A stretch of 64,000 bases of DNA, from NCBI GenBank assembly GCA_015062385.1, contig SUUT01000001.1, positions 38,619 through 102,618 on the forward strand. The letters are read 5' to 3'. A model generated the notes under the pieces. That model searched no databases. It saw only the letters and a list, made by a program, of their open reading frames with translations, and was not told the DNA's origin. This document shows, one piece after another, positions 17,852 through 27,515 of this stretch. Numbering within the stretch: position 1 is the stretch's first letter; the number at the start of each line of letters is the position of its first letter. The DNA is from Alphaproteobacteria bacterium (GTDB lineage: Bacteria > Pseudomonadota > Alphaproteobacteria > CAAHEQ01 > UBA3637). Made by a program: the position numbers and the translations under genes.

Positions 17852-17879
17852 AAAAAAATCCCGATTGTTCTATCGGGAT
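17852..17879 (-). terminator. Intrinsic terminator of the ankyrin gene
   Basis: atcccgat-tgttct-atcgggat is a perfect 8-bp stem. An A7 run precedes it on the + strand, which gives a U-run after the stem on the minus strand. It lies 23 bp beyond the stop at 17902. Confidence 0.6.
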
Positions 17880-17901
17880 TAAGGGTATTTATAAAACTAT
17901 T

Positions 17902-18528
17902 TTAATGTTCATTTCCAATCTGACTATGAACATTTACATCTCTTCGTGATGTTTCATCTATATGAACACTTTGACCATTCTCTTTCAATACAGATTTTAA
18001 ATCAACATCTGTTTTCTGATTTTCATTTGCAGAGACAACCTCATTTATATCTGCCGAATTTTCTTTTACAGAAACCTCTTTAACAACACGTGCTCCTTCC
18101 CGTTTTACGAAACTGGGCATACGAGCACTCCAAAACCCGCCTCTAATTTCCTCTGTCATTTTACCGTCTAAACTTTCAAGTTCTTTTTTCATACCACGTA
18201 CTTTTATAAAATCCGGTATAGAAAGTAGCTCACCCGCAAATCTGAGTATTCCCCATTTCCTCACTTCATATTCAAGCGTAACACGATCTAATGGCGTATA
18301 ACCACGACTATCCTGTCCATTTATATCTGCCCCTTTTTCCACCAGTTTACGTAGTGTATCTTTGTCTGTATGAATAGCAGCAACATGTACGAGCGGTTCT
18401 CCCTCTTTGTTTGGTTTATTAATATCTTCTTTAGAAAGAGTCGGTAATAAAGTATCAATTTTATTCGTATCATTATCCATAATTGCTTTGGTTAATGCTT
18501 CAATTGTTTTATTTGTATTGTTACTCAT
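17902..18528 (-). CDS. Ankyrin-repeat protein (208 aa)
   Basis: EGEPLVHVAAIHTDKDTLRKLVEKGADINGQDSRGYTPLD is a canonical ANK repeat. There is no signal peptide. Confidence 0.8.
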   Translation of the reverse strand: MSNNTNKTIEALTKAIMDNDTNKIDTLLPTLSKEDINKPNKEGEPLVHVAAIHTDKDTLRKLVEKGADINGQDSRGYTPLDRVTLEYEVRKWGILRFAGELLSIPDFIKVRGMKKELESLDGKMTEEIRGGFWSARMPSFVKREGARVVKEVSVKENSADINEVVSANENQKTDVDLKSVLKENGQSVHIDETSRRDVNVHSQIGNEH

Positions 18529-18588
18529 ATTTTATACTCCTTTTGCATATTCATACAAATGTTTCAATCTATATAATTTATATTATAC

Positions 18589-18735
18589 AAAAAGGTACGT
18601 TTTTTTCCCTATTCGAATCGGAAAAATCGATTTTTTGAAAAAACAAAAGATTATTGTTTTATTTGAATAATTTAGTCGCAATTAAAAAAAATTCAAAAAA
18701 GTGAAAAAAATTGTTGCAAAAAAACGTACCTTTTT
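18589..18735 (-). promoter_or_regulatory. Conserved 150-bp upstream element, copy 2 of 4. Its termini AAAAAGGTAC / GTACCTTTTT are perfectly complementary and carry compensatory substitutions.
   Basis: 60 bp upstream of the ankyrin start. On the gene strand TGTATAAT lies immediately adjacent to the element. Confidence 0.7.
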
Positions 18736-18813
18736 GTATAGATAGGAACCTATTTACCTTTCAAAAAAAAGCTCTTTATATAAATCTCCATACGTTAACG
18801 CATATGGAATTAT

Positions 18814-18890
18814 CCCTTTCAAACTTTATTCAGCGGTTCAAAAATTTCGCAAACCTTGTGTTCTACTGAATTTTCTACACCGCTTGCTGA
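18814..18890. repeat. Repeat B, copy 2 of 2
   Basis: See 17744-17820. Confidence 0.6.
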
Positions 18891-18922
18891 CGTTAATCGT
18901 ACCTCTTTCAATACGATAAAAA

Positions 18923-18946
18923 CCCCGCCTTTTCAGACGGGGTTTT
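18923..18946. terminator. Candidate bidirectional intrinsic terminator
   Basis: ccccg-ccttttcaga-cgggg, flanked by an A5 run and a T4 run. It lies downstream of the small DUF465-like ORF on the minus strand. Confidence 0.45.
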
Positions 18947-19001
18947 CGATAAATTCAAAAACAATCAATTATGCGTTTTTTTCAATTTGTTCAATTTCTT
19001 G

Positions 19002-19142
19002 TTTAACAGCTAATTTTTGTTTTTTGTATTCTTGGATTTTTAATGTATCCGGTAAAGGACGTGATTCTTCTTCCAATAATTTTGCATCTAAATCTGCGTG
19101 TTTTGCTTTTAATGCTGCTAAATGTTTTTCAATTTTTTCCAT
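19002..19142 (-). CDS. Small DUF465/YdcH-like protein. It is probably frame-shifted at an A7 tract, and the full length would end at 18968.
   Basis: Manual translation gives MEKIEKHLAALKAKHADLDAKLLEEESRPLPDTLKIQEYKK, then a stop after KTKISC. A -1 shift at the A7 tract continues as QKLAVKQEIEQIEKNA, which is the DUF465-like C-terminus. It is shorter than the track cutoff. Confidence 0.4.
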
Positions 19143-19204
19143 GTTATTCTCCTTATTCTACTCTAACAGTATAAGTCACTTCTTTTACAAAAGCAACTAT
19201 TCTT

Positions 19205-20296
19205 TTATTCTCCGACATAAATTCCTAACTGACGAGCGGTTTTTACCAAATCGCCTGTCGGATTAACCGGTGTATTAGCAATTTTTAAAATAACATCCAA
19301 CGCTTCGTCTTTAACCTCACCGTCTTTGTAAATAACAACCCGATTAGATTCGCCTTGTGCAATCAATTCTACGGCACGTGTCGCAAATTGAGCCGCTAAC
19401 AATCTGTCTGCCGGAACTGGTGTTCCTGCCCGTTGAATGTGACCTAATACATTACCCCGTACATTAAAGCCATCTTCATGTAATTTTTGAACCAAAGAAT
19501 CGGAAACACCTCTAAATGTTTTACCATTTCCGGCAAATGAATGTTGACCGTCAACATTTTTAACCCCTTCGGCAACAACCACTAATCCATACCGTTTACC
19601 TTGTGCCTGTACTGCCCGCAATTTTTGAACAACACCTTCATAGGTGTAATCAATTTCCGGAATTAAAATCACATCGGCATATCCGGCAATACCGGCTTCC
19701 AAAGCCAAATGCCCTGCCCCACGCCCCATTACTTCGGTGACCATAACACGATTGTGCGATGTTGCCGTTGTCGTTAATTTATCCAATGCTTCCGTCACAA
19801 CTTGAACAGCCGTTTCAAAACCGATAGCAACATCTGTCCCCGGGGCATCATTATCAATTGTTTTAGGAATACCAATCATGGAAATGCCGGCCTTTTTACA
19901 ATATTTACTGACAATAGCCATAGAACCATCTCCACCGACAACAACCAAAGCCGAAATACCTAATTCGGCAACACCATCTTGAAAACGTTTATCCAATTCG
20001 GCATCTGTTAATTCTTCCATTGTACCATCGGCTTTACGTTGTAAATGCGGATTGCCCGTATTATTACTGCCTAACATTGTACCACCTAATGATGCATACG
20101 GGAAATCAAATTCGGCAACAGTTAACGGTTTATACCGCATCGGACGGGAAAACAAACCGTCTGTGGCATCAAAAATACCAACAACTTCCCACCCTTTTGC
20201 CGTTGCGGCAAAAACCACATTTCGAATAGCGGCATTTAAACCGGAACAATCACCTCCGCTTGTTAAAATACCGATTTTTTTTACTGAACTGTTCAT
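19205..20296 (-). CDS. pfk: 6-phosphofructokinase (PFK-A family). The start is more likely MNSSVKK at 20296 than the track start at 20383.
   Basis: GILTSGGDCSGLNAAIR, VVGGDGSMAIV, IGIPKTIDND and MGRGAGHLALEAG motifs. The track start would overlap lptB by 71 bp. Confidence 0.85.
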   Translation of the reverse strand: MNSSVKKIGILTSGGDCSGLNAAIRNVVFAATAKGWEVVGIFDATDGLFSRPMRYKPLTVAEFDFPYASLGGTMLGSNNTGNPHLQRKADGTMEELTDAELDKRFQDGVAELGISALVVVGGDGSMAIVSKYCKKAGISMIGIPKTIDNDAPGTDVAIGFETAVQVVTEALDKLTTTATSHNRVMVTEVMGRGAGHLALEAGIAGYADVILIPEIDYTYEGVVQKLRAVQAQGKRYGLVVVAEGVKNVDGQHSFAGNGKTFRGVSDSLVQKLHEDGFNVRGNVLGHIQRAGTPVPADRLLAAQFATRAVELIAQGESNRVVIYKDGEVKDEALDVILKIANTPVNPTGDLVKTARQLGIYVGE

Positions 20297-20312
20297 AAAT
20301 CCTCCGTTAATA

Positions 20313-21047
20313 TTAAAGTGAAAAATTTTTACCGAGATATGTTTTGCGTACATTTTCATCTGCAATAATTTCTTCGGGAACACCCTGTTTCAAAACAACC
20401 CCGTCATGTAAAATGTAAGCCCTGTCAATAATACTGAGCGTTTCACGCACATTATGGTCCGTAATCAACACGCCCAATCCTCTGTTTTTGAGTTGTCCGA
20501 CCAACTCTTTAATTTCTCCGACCGCAATCGGATCAATGCCCGCAAGAGGCTCATCCAACAAAATAAATGACGGCTTTGATGCCAAGGCTCTTGCAATTTC
20601 CAAACGCCGTCTTTCACCGCCGGATAAAGCTCTTGACGGTGAAAAACGCAAATGTTCAATGGAAAATTCTTTTAATAACGCATCCAAATCCTGTTCCCGT
20701 TTATCTTTGTTTTTTTCAACAACTTCCAATACGGCCCGAATATTGTCTTCCACATTTAACCCCCTGAAAATAGAAGCCTCTTGCGGTAAATAGCCAATAC
20801 CTAAGCGGGCACGCCGATAAACCGGAAATTTAGTAATATCAATACCGTTTAACGTAATTTTACCCGAATCCGGAGCAATCAAGCCTGTTACACAATAAAA
20901 AGATGTTGTCTTTCCAGCCCCGTTCGGTCCTAACAAACCAACAGCTTCCCCTTGTTGAACGGATAAAGAAACGTCCTTTAAAACGGTTCTTTTTTTATAA
21001 TTTTTACTTAAATTGGATACCACCAATCCACGTTCAGGAACTATCAT
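20313..21047 (-). CDS. lptB: LPS export ABC transporter ATP-binding protein LptB
   Basis: LLGPNGAGKTTSFYCVTGLIAPDSGKITL and RLGIGYLPQEASIFR are LptB-specific. The operon includes kdsD. Confidence 0.85.
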   Translation of the reverse strand: MIVPERGLVVSNLSKNYKKRTVLKDVSLSVQQGEAVGLLGPNGAGKTTSFYCVTGLIAPDSGKITLNGIDITKFPVYRRARLGIGYLPQEASIFRGLNVEDNIRAVLEVVEKNKDKREQDLDALLKEFSIEHLRFSPSRALSGGERRRLEIARALASKPSFILLDEPLAGIDPIAVGEIKELVGQLKNRGLGVLITDHNVRETLSIIDRAYILHDGVVLKQGVPEEIIADENVRKTYLGKNFSL

Positions 21048-21053
21048 TTAACC

Positions 21054-22418
21054 TCACTTTTCCTGTTTGTCAAAATCACTTGGAATAAGACTTCCTTTAA
21101 CTCGACCCGATTGTCCCAACGCATTTTTCGGTGCCGATAAAGAACTCATTCCTGTTTTTAAATTTAATGTTGCATAATCTCCTGTTAACACACTTTCTTT
21201 CTCATGTAAAGAAACGTTTTTATAAACCTGCACAATTTTTGTTTTGGGCATATATACACCATATTCGCCCATAATCTTTTGTAATCCGTTATGGGCAACG
21301 ACTTTTCCCATAGCTATGACTTTTTGCATTGTTGAACCATCCGTATCATATAAAACAACTATTTTATCCGCCTTAATCTGCTGAATACCTTCTTGCATTT
21401 TTGCCCGACCGGAAAAAACAATTACCTGTGACGGTTGTTCATCTGTCTTGATAATATCCATTATCGGTAATTGCTGAACAACTGATGTAATTTCTGCCGG
21501 ATTCCGATAAACCGTCATTTCATCTGCCGTAATACTTTGTTTTTGTTGTGTCACGGAAACATTATCCGTTGCAACCATTTTTTGAACCTGAATATTTTTA
21601 TCTGCTGAATCGATATATGTCAAAACGGCTTTCTGGGCCAACAACTTACCGCTTTTTTGCAAAACAACCACATTTTTTAAAGCCGTAATCGTTTTATCTG
21701 TCCGATTAAGAAGTAATCCGTCTTCCGATGTGATATAGACATTATTTTTATCGTCTTCCCAATATTGTTTTTGTTGTTCAAACTTTAAATGTTCAATACT
21801 TTCAATCGGTTTTTCCTGCTGAAACAGCAACGTTGCCGTATTACCTTTAAAATGAAGCCAATTTCCTTTTTCCTTTACTAAAAAGCCCTCTGCCTGCAAC
21901 ATTCCGACAGGACCTTTAATCCAAACAGGCGAAGAACTGCCCAAAGTACCGGCTTCATACTCACACACAACACGGGAAGATAAAGCCCGATATCCCGTAG
22001 TCGTATCAGAATGGACGTTTTCTTCAAAATAAAAATATTTATCCTGTTGAAAAACCATACCATACGGTGTCACGGATGTTAATAAAACACCATCTGCCAT
22101 CCGATAAGTTGCTTTGGGTAATTCCATTAAAATAATTTGACGGATTGTATCCGTTTCCCGTACCGTATCGGCAACAACGGTTATCGGGTTATCCCGACTG
22201 TCTTTTGAAAAGAAACGCACTTCTTCCATATCCGTTTGTCCGCCCTTTAACGTTTCTTTTGTCGGAAGTGTTGCCGCAAAATCATCTTTTTGCGTTTTGA
22301 GGGCCGGCCAAGCAATCATAACACTTGTCAACAAAAACGCAAATATCGGCAAATAGCGTTTAAACAAAAAAACACGTCTGGAATGAATTTTAATTTTCAA
22401 AAGGCGTAATGTAAACAT
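21054..22418 (-). CDS. LptC/LptA (OstA-like) family LPS-transport periplasmic protein, possibly a fusion (454 aa)
   Basis: N-terminal TM anchor. The position between kdsD and lptB matches the E. coli kdsD-lptC-lptA-lptB order. The length is roughly LptC plus LptA. Confidence 0.45.
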   Translation of the reverse strand: MFTLRLLKIKIHSRRVFLFKRYLPIFAFLLTSVMIAWPALKTQKDDFAATLPTKETLKGGQTDMEEVRFFSKDSRDNPITVVADTVRETDTIRQIILMELPKATYRMADGVLLTSVTPYGMVFQQDKYFYFEENVHSDTTTGYRALSSRVVCEYEAGTLGSSSPVWIKGPVGMLQAEGFLVKEKGNWLHFKGNTATLLFQQEKPIESIEHLKFEQQKQYWEDDKNNVYITSEDGLLLNRTDKTITALKNVVVLQKSGKLLAQKAVLTYIDSADKNIQVQKMVATDNVSVTQQKQSITADEMTVYRNPAEITSVVQQLPIMDIIKTDEQPSQVIVFSGRAKMQEGIQQIKADKIVVLYDTDGSTMQKVIAMGKVVAHNGLQKIMGEYGVYMPKTKIVQVYKNVSLHEKESVLTGDYATLNLKTGMSSLSAPKNALGQSGRVKGSLIPSDFDKQEK

Positions 22419-22434
22419 TTGGTTCCTTTACCGT

Positions 22435-23406
22435 TTATGCGACACCAGCCATTAACAACGGATGAACATGTAACAATCCAATCGGTTTATGTTCACCATC
22501 AACCACGAACAGACTCGTAATTTTTTTGGTATTCATAATCCGTAATGCTTCCACACATAAAATATCCGAAATAACCGTTTTAGGATGTGCCGTCATAATA
22601 TCTTTGGCTTTTTGCTCAATAATGTTACGTGTCATATGACGGCGTAAATCTCCGTCTGTAATAATGCCGATTAACACACCGTTTTCATCAACAACGCCTA
22701 AACAGCCCCAACTTTTAGCCGTCATAACAACCAACGCATCCGACATCGGCATATCGGTAGCAACCAAAGGCAATTCATCGCCTGTTACCATAACATCCTT
22801 AGCTCGCAACAACACGTTACCTAACTTACCGCCCGGATGACGATCCCGAAATTCTTCAACGGAAAATCCTTTTTGTTCAATTAAGGCAACGGCTAAGGCA
22901 TCCCCCAAAGCCAATGTTGTTGTCGTAGAGGTGGTAGGAGCCAACCCGAGCGGACACGCTTCCGGAGCCGTTTTTTTATTCGGAATTAACAAGGTTAAAT
23001 CGGCAGCTTTTGCCATTGTACTATCCGCATTACTGGTAATAGCAATCATCGGAATACCGAAACGGCGGGAAAAAGAAATAATATCCCCCATTTCACGACT
23101 TTCACCGGAATTGGATATTGTCAGCAATAAATCATCCGATGTTAACATACCCAAATCACCATGACTGGCTTCCCCCGGATGGACAAAGAAAGCCGGTGTT
23201 CCCGTAGAGGCCAAAGTAGCAGCCATTTTTTGTCCGATATGACCACTTTTTCCCATACCGGAAATAATTAATCGTCCTTTAATACGGGTAATCATATCAA
23301 CGGCTTGAACAAAAGAATCATCAAACTGTTGTTTGAGCACTTCCAACCCATGAATTTCTGCATCAATTACCCGTTTAGCACTGCTAATTAATTCTTCTGC
23401 CTGCAT
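22435..23406 (-). CDS. kdsD: Arabinose-5-phosphate isomerase KdsD (SIS plus tandem CBS domains)
   Basis: GRLIISGMGKSGHIGQKMAATLASTGTPAFFVHPGEASHGDLGML. Confidence 0.85.
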   Translation of the reverse strand: MQAEELISSAKRVIDAEIHGLEVLKQQFDDSFVQAVDMITRIKGRLIISGMGKSGHIGQKMAATLASTGTPAFFVHPGEASHGDLGMLTSDDLLLTISNSGESREMGDIISFSRRFGIPMIAITSNADSTMAKAADLTLLIPNKKTAPEACPLGLAPTTSTTTTLALGDALAVALIEQKGFSVEEFRDRHPGGKLGNVLLRAKDVMVTGDELPLVATDMPMSDALVVMTAKSWGCLGVVDENGVLIGIITDGDLRRHMTRNIIEQKAKDIMTAHPKTVISDILCVEALRIMNTKKITSLFVVDGEHKPIGLLHVHPLLMAGVA

Positions 23407-23416
23407 AACTTACTCC

Positions 23417-24028
23417 TCAATGTGCAAAAATATCCGGCTCGGCAAAATCAGCCAAATCTAATTTTGCCCGTGTCGGTAAAAAATCAAAACAGGACAGAGC
23501 CAATTCAAAACGCCCTTCCCGTACCAACAATGCATCTAAAATTTCTTTTAAACGATGTAAATACAACACATCATTTGCGGCATATTCCTGTTGTGCCTGA
23601 TTAAGCGTTTCAGCCCCCCAATCGGATGTTTGTTGTTCTTTTTGCAACACAATACCCAACAAGTCGTTGCATAATGATTTTAAACTATGGGACGGCGATG
23701 ATGTTCGACACAATTTTGATGCAATTTTCGTACAATAAACCGGTGTAACGACAACTCCTAAATCATTTAAAATTTTAGCGACATCAAAACGGGCAAAATG
23801 AAAAATCTTCAAAACGGATTTATCTTGCATCAATCGTTTTAAATTAGGACAATCAACCCCTTTTTGAATTTGAACCAATACCGCTGTTCCATCACCAGCA
23901 GACAGTTGAACCAAACACAATCTGTCCCGATGCAAATTCAGTCCCATCGTTTCCGTATCAACGGCAACGGCATCTTTAAAATAAACCGTATCGGGTAAAT
24001 CCCCTTTATAGACTGTAATTTCTGCCAT
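23417..24028 (-). CDS. RNase D-like DEDDy 3'-5' exonuclease domain protein
   Basis: VAVDTETMGLNLHRDRLCLVQL (Exo I) and YAANDVLYLHRL (Exo III, with Tyr). Confidence 0.65.
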   Translation of the reverse strand: MAEITVYKGDLPDTVYFKDAVAVDTETMGLNLHRDRLCLVQLSAGDGTAVLVQIQKGVDCPNLKRLMQDKSVLKIFHFARFDVAKILNDLGVVVTPVYCTKIASKLCRTSSPSHSLKSLCNDLLGIVLQKEQQTSDWGAETLNQAQQEYAANDVLYLHRLKEILDALLVREGRFELALSCFDFLPTRAKLDLADFAEPDIFAH

Positions 24029-24294
24029 TTTTCAGGCTCCTTTCCCTTAATCCGAATGTTTCCTTATACAACATCTTTTTTGAAAAAGCAATGAAAAAAA
24101 CATATCTTATTATCCAAATACAAAGCAAAAAAAACCTCTTTTTGCATCCTGTATATTATGTAAAAGGCACTTAAAACCGAAAACGGATTCTCTTTTGTGC
24201 CAAACAAAACAGTCTCTTTGCATTTGAAGCAATTTAATATATAACCGGCCGTTTTTCAACACAAACGACCGGTTATCAAATGGAAACCCCGTAA

Positions 24295-25974
24295 TTAAAT
24301 ACGCATTAAATGCACTTCAACCAACGGTTTTTTTCCGTAAAATTCTTTTAAAAATTGCCGAATAGCCGTGCGAATTTCATTCTCAACCGATACATCCTGT
24401 TGTCGGGCCGTTTCATTTAAAGAAGCAATCCGTTCTTTGATTTTATCCTTTAAAATCAACTCATCTTCCCCTCCGGCTTCCAACAGTCCGAATGTTGAAA
24501 AACGCATATCGCCCAATATGTCACCGGCATTGTTTAAAACAGCCGTAATAACAAATGTTCCATCTTCAATCATTTTTCGCCGTTTTCGGATAACTTCTGC
24601 CCCCAACGGTAAAATTTTCTTGCCGTCAACCGCCAATATACCGGCCGGCACTTCTCCCAAAATCTGCGGTGTTGCATCCAATGTTAATACTTCTCCGTCT
24701 TCCAACGCAAAAGCAAACGGAACACCCCATTCTTTGGCTAAATCGGCATGTTCGTTTAATTCTTGTGCCTCTCCGTGAACGGGTAATGCAATTTTCGGTT
24801 TTGTCAAGCGATAAATTTCTCGCAATTCCGAACCGGCATAGTGTCCGGAAACATGAACCAATGCATCTCTGTTTGTAATAATTTCAACACCTTTTGCCTT
24901 AAATCTCTTTTGCAACAATTCAATAGCCTTTTCGTTCCCCGGAATAATACGGGATGAAAAAATCACAACATCATCAGGACCAAAAAACACACTGTTTTTT
25001 TGCGGGGTTAACGCCGATAATGAACTTAATGCCGAATAAGGTTCGCCCTGACTGCCGGTACAAATATATAAAACACTGCCGATTTCCCGTTCCAAGGCTT
25101 CCTGTTCGGATAAAAATGGCGGAATATCTTTAAAATAACCGGTTGCCCGTGCCGCTGCATCAATTCGCCATAAACTGCGACCCATTAAACACACTTCTCG
25201 ATTATTCGCAACAGCCGCCCGATAGATACTTTCAATCCGACTGACATTAGAAGCAAAGCATCCAACAGCAACCTGCCGTCCGTTATAAGAACCGACTAAT
25301 TCAATCAATGATTTTTGAACATCTAATTCCGTTGCTTCTTCTTTACTGCCAAAAACATTTGTTGAATCACACACCAATGCCAATACGCCTTCTTTTCCCA
25401 ACTCTTTTAAGGCTTCTCTGTCCATTTCCTGTTTTAAAATCGGGTCTGCCTCCGGTTTCCAGTCCCCTGTGTGAACAACAACCCCTTCTTTTGTACGGAT
25501 AGCCAAAGCATTCGCTTCCGGAATGGAATGGCTCATACTGATAAATTCAATTTCAAACGGAGATAAATCCAAAAATGAGCCTTGTTCAACAACGTTTAAT
25601 TCTGCACGTCCCAACAAACCATTTTCATCCAGTTTTGATTCAACCAGTTCAGCCGTAAACGGTGTTGCATAAATCGGACATTGTAATTGACGCCATAAAT
25701 AACCGACCGCTCCGATATGATCTTCGTGTCCGTGCGTTAAAACCAACCCGACAATATCGGCTTTCTTATTATCCAAAAAGGAGGCATCCGGCAACAAAAC
25801 ATCCACCCCCGGCAACCCATCCCCCGGAAAACCAACGCCACAATCAACAATCAGCCATTTTCCTTTATATCCATATAAAAAGAAGTTCATTCCAATACCT
25901 GTTGCACCGCCTAACGGAACAAATACAAATTTATCTTTTGGAATGATTATTTCCGTATTTTCCATATTTTCCAT
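24295..25974 (-). CDS. rnj: Ribonuclease J (metallo-beta-lactamase / beta-CASP). The start is probably MENMENTE at 25974, not the track start at 26034.
   Basis: VLTHGHEDHIG and a beta-CASP region. AAGGA lies 8 nt upstream of the 25974 ATG. Confidence 0.85.
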   Translation of the reverse strand: MENMENTEIIIPKDKFVFVPLGGATGIGMNFFLYGYKGKWLIVDCGVGFPGDGLPGVDVLLPDASFLDNKKADIVGLVLTHGHEDHIGAVGYLWRQLQCPIYATPFTAELVESKLDENGLLGRAELNVVEQGSFLDLSPFEIEFISMSHSIPEANALAIRTKEGVVVHTGDWKPEADPILKQEMDREALKELGKEGVLALVCDSTNVFGSKEEATELDVQKSLIELVGSYNGRQVAVGCFASNVSRIESIYRAAVANNREVCLMGRSLWRIDAAARATGYFKDIPPFLSEQEALEREIGSVLYICTGSQGEPYSALSSLSALTPQKNSVFFGPDDVVIFSSRIIPGNEKAIELLQKRFKAKGVEIITNRDALVHVSGHYAGSELREIYRLTKPKIALPVHGEAQELNEHADLAKEWGVPFAFALEDGEVLTLDATPQILGEVPAGILAVDGKKILPLGAEVIRKRRKMIEDGTFVITAVLNNAGDILGDMRFSTFGLLEAGGEDELILKDKIKERIASLNETARQQDVSVENEIRTAIRQFLKEFYGKKPLVEVHLMRI

Positions 25975-25984
25975 TTTATTTCCT

Positions 25985-26656
25985 TTACTTAATAAATATA
26001 TCTCCGGCAACAATCGTTTGATATGTGCCATCACTTTGTTTCAGGGAAATCGCCCCCTGTGGCGTTAACGCTTCAAAAACACCGAATACCGTTTTATGCG
26101 GTAAACGAACCGTAATTTCCTGTTGCAAACCGACTGCTGTTTTAAGCCATTTTTGCCGAATCGGCTCAAAACCTTTCGTTTCAAATAACTCTATATTTTC
26201 AGACAATGCCTTTAATAGCTTATCCGTTAAATCCGTTTTACTTATCCGCCCGTTTAAAGAAATAGTCGGATACAAGACATCATCACTTATCGGACACCGG
26301 CAAATATTAACACCAAATCCGGCAATAACTTTATCTGCCTGAGCCTCTAATAAAATACCGGCAACTTTTGCCCCGTTTAACAACACATCATTCGGCCATT
26401 TTAACCGAACATTAAAGTCAGATAATGCTTCACCCAATGCAACACCCGTCACAAATGACAACAAAGGCGTATTAACACCATAAGCGGGCAAAACGACACT
26501 CAAAAACAAATTACCGTCCAAACTATGCCAAACACGCCCATTTCGTCCCCGCCCATTTGTTTGGCGTTCGGCAATAACAACAGACCCGATCGAATGAGCC
26601 GTTGCAACCGTGTTTGTACTGTCCGTTTCCCTCAAATAATACTTTATCCAATTCAT
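25985..26656 (-). CDS. birA: Biotin--[acetyl-CoA-carboxylase] ligase BirA (catalytic domain only, with no N-terminal HTH)
   Basis: ERQTNGRGRNGRVWHSLDGNLFLSV matches the BirA GRGRRGRKW motif. Confidence 0.75.
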   Translation of the reverse strand: MNWIKYYLRETDSTNTVATAHSIGSVVIAERQTNGRGRNGRVWHSLDGNLFLSVVLPAYGVNTPLLSFVTGVALGEALSDFNVRLKWPNDVLLNGAKVAGILLEAQADKVIAGFGVNICRCPISDDVLYPTISLNGRISKTDLTDKLLKALSENIELFETKGFEPIRQKWLKTAVGLQQEITVRLPHKTVFGVFEALTPQGAISLKQSDGTYQTIVAGDIFIK

Positions 26657-26763
26657 TTGAACGGCACTTTACCACATTTTTTTTAAAATGAAAAGAAAAA
26701 CCTTGATTTTAATTTTATTTCGTGAATATAGTAAAAGGCCGCAAGCAAAAAAAGGGGAAAAAC

Positions 26764-26982
26764 ATGAAAAAAATAATCGGCATTATATTTGTTTTTTGTT
26801 TAGGACTTATTCTATGGACTTGCACAAAAGCAAAACAGGAATCCATCCCAACAATGCAACAAAATCAGCCGTCAACACAAGAACAGATTCCGGAAATTAT
26901 GGAAGGGATACAGCCTGAACCAGAATTTGTACCGGAGGAAGAGATGGAAAATCAATCTCCCGAAAATGCAGAACGGGATTAA
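26764..26982 (+). CDS. Small secreted protein (hypothetical)
   Basis: MKKIIGIIFVFCLGLILWTC signal or anchor, then a Q/E/P-rich segment. Confidence 0.35.
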   Translation: MKKIIGIIFVFCLGLILWTCTKAKQESIPTMQQNQPSTQEQIPEIMEGIQPEPEFVPEEEMENQSPENAERD

Positions 26983-27004
26983 ACATCATTGAAACGAGAA
27001 ACAT

Positions 27005-27412
27005 ATGGATACCGAAGAACTGATTGATAATTTTTCTTATCTGACCGATTGGGAAGATAAATACCGCTATTTAATTGAATTAGGTGATTTGATGGAACCG
27101 TTTCCGGAAAGTGAAAAAACGCCACAAAACAAAGTAGAAGGCTGTATGTCACAAGTATGGTTTACACACACCATTCAAAACGGGAAACACCACTTTAACG
27201 CCACTAGCGATGCTCATATCGTACGAGGATTAGAAGCTGTTTTGCTCATTTTAATCAACGATAAAACAGCCGAGGAAATTCGGGAAATCAATATTGAACA
27301 ATTATTCATTCAACTGGGATTGGCTGAAAATTTATCTCCGACCCGTCGAAATGGTTTTTATGCCATGATTGAACGGATTCGGACACTAACCGATAATTTG
27401 CCGATTCAGTAA
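27005..27412 (+). CDS. sufE: SufE-like sulfur acceptor protein
   Basis: DKYRYLIELGDLMEPFPESEKTPQNKVEGCMSQVWF carries the conserved Cys in the GC.SQVW motif. Confidence 0.7.
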   Translation: MDTEELIDNFSYLTDWEDKYRYLIELGDLMEPFPESEKTPQNKVEGCMSQVWFTHTIQNGKHHFNATSDAHIVRGLEAVLLILINDKTAEEIREINIEQLFIQLGLAENLSPTRRNGFYAMIERIRTLTDNLPIQ

Positions 27413-27515
27413 AACATTGTATTCATTGATACGCAAAAAACGCATCTGCATCGTGTTTCCTGACACAAACATAAAATTTTCTTATCCGAAAGCACAATTT
27501 AACAGCTGATAAAAT

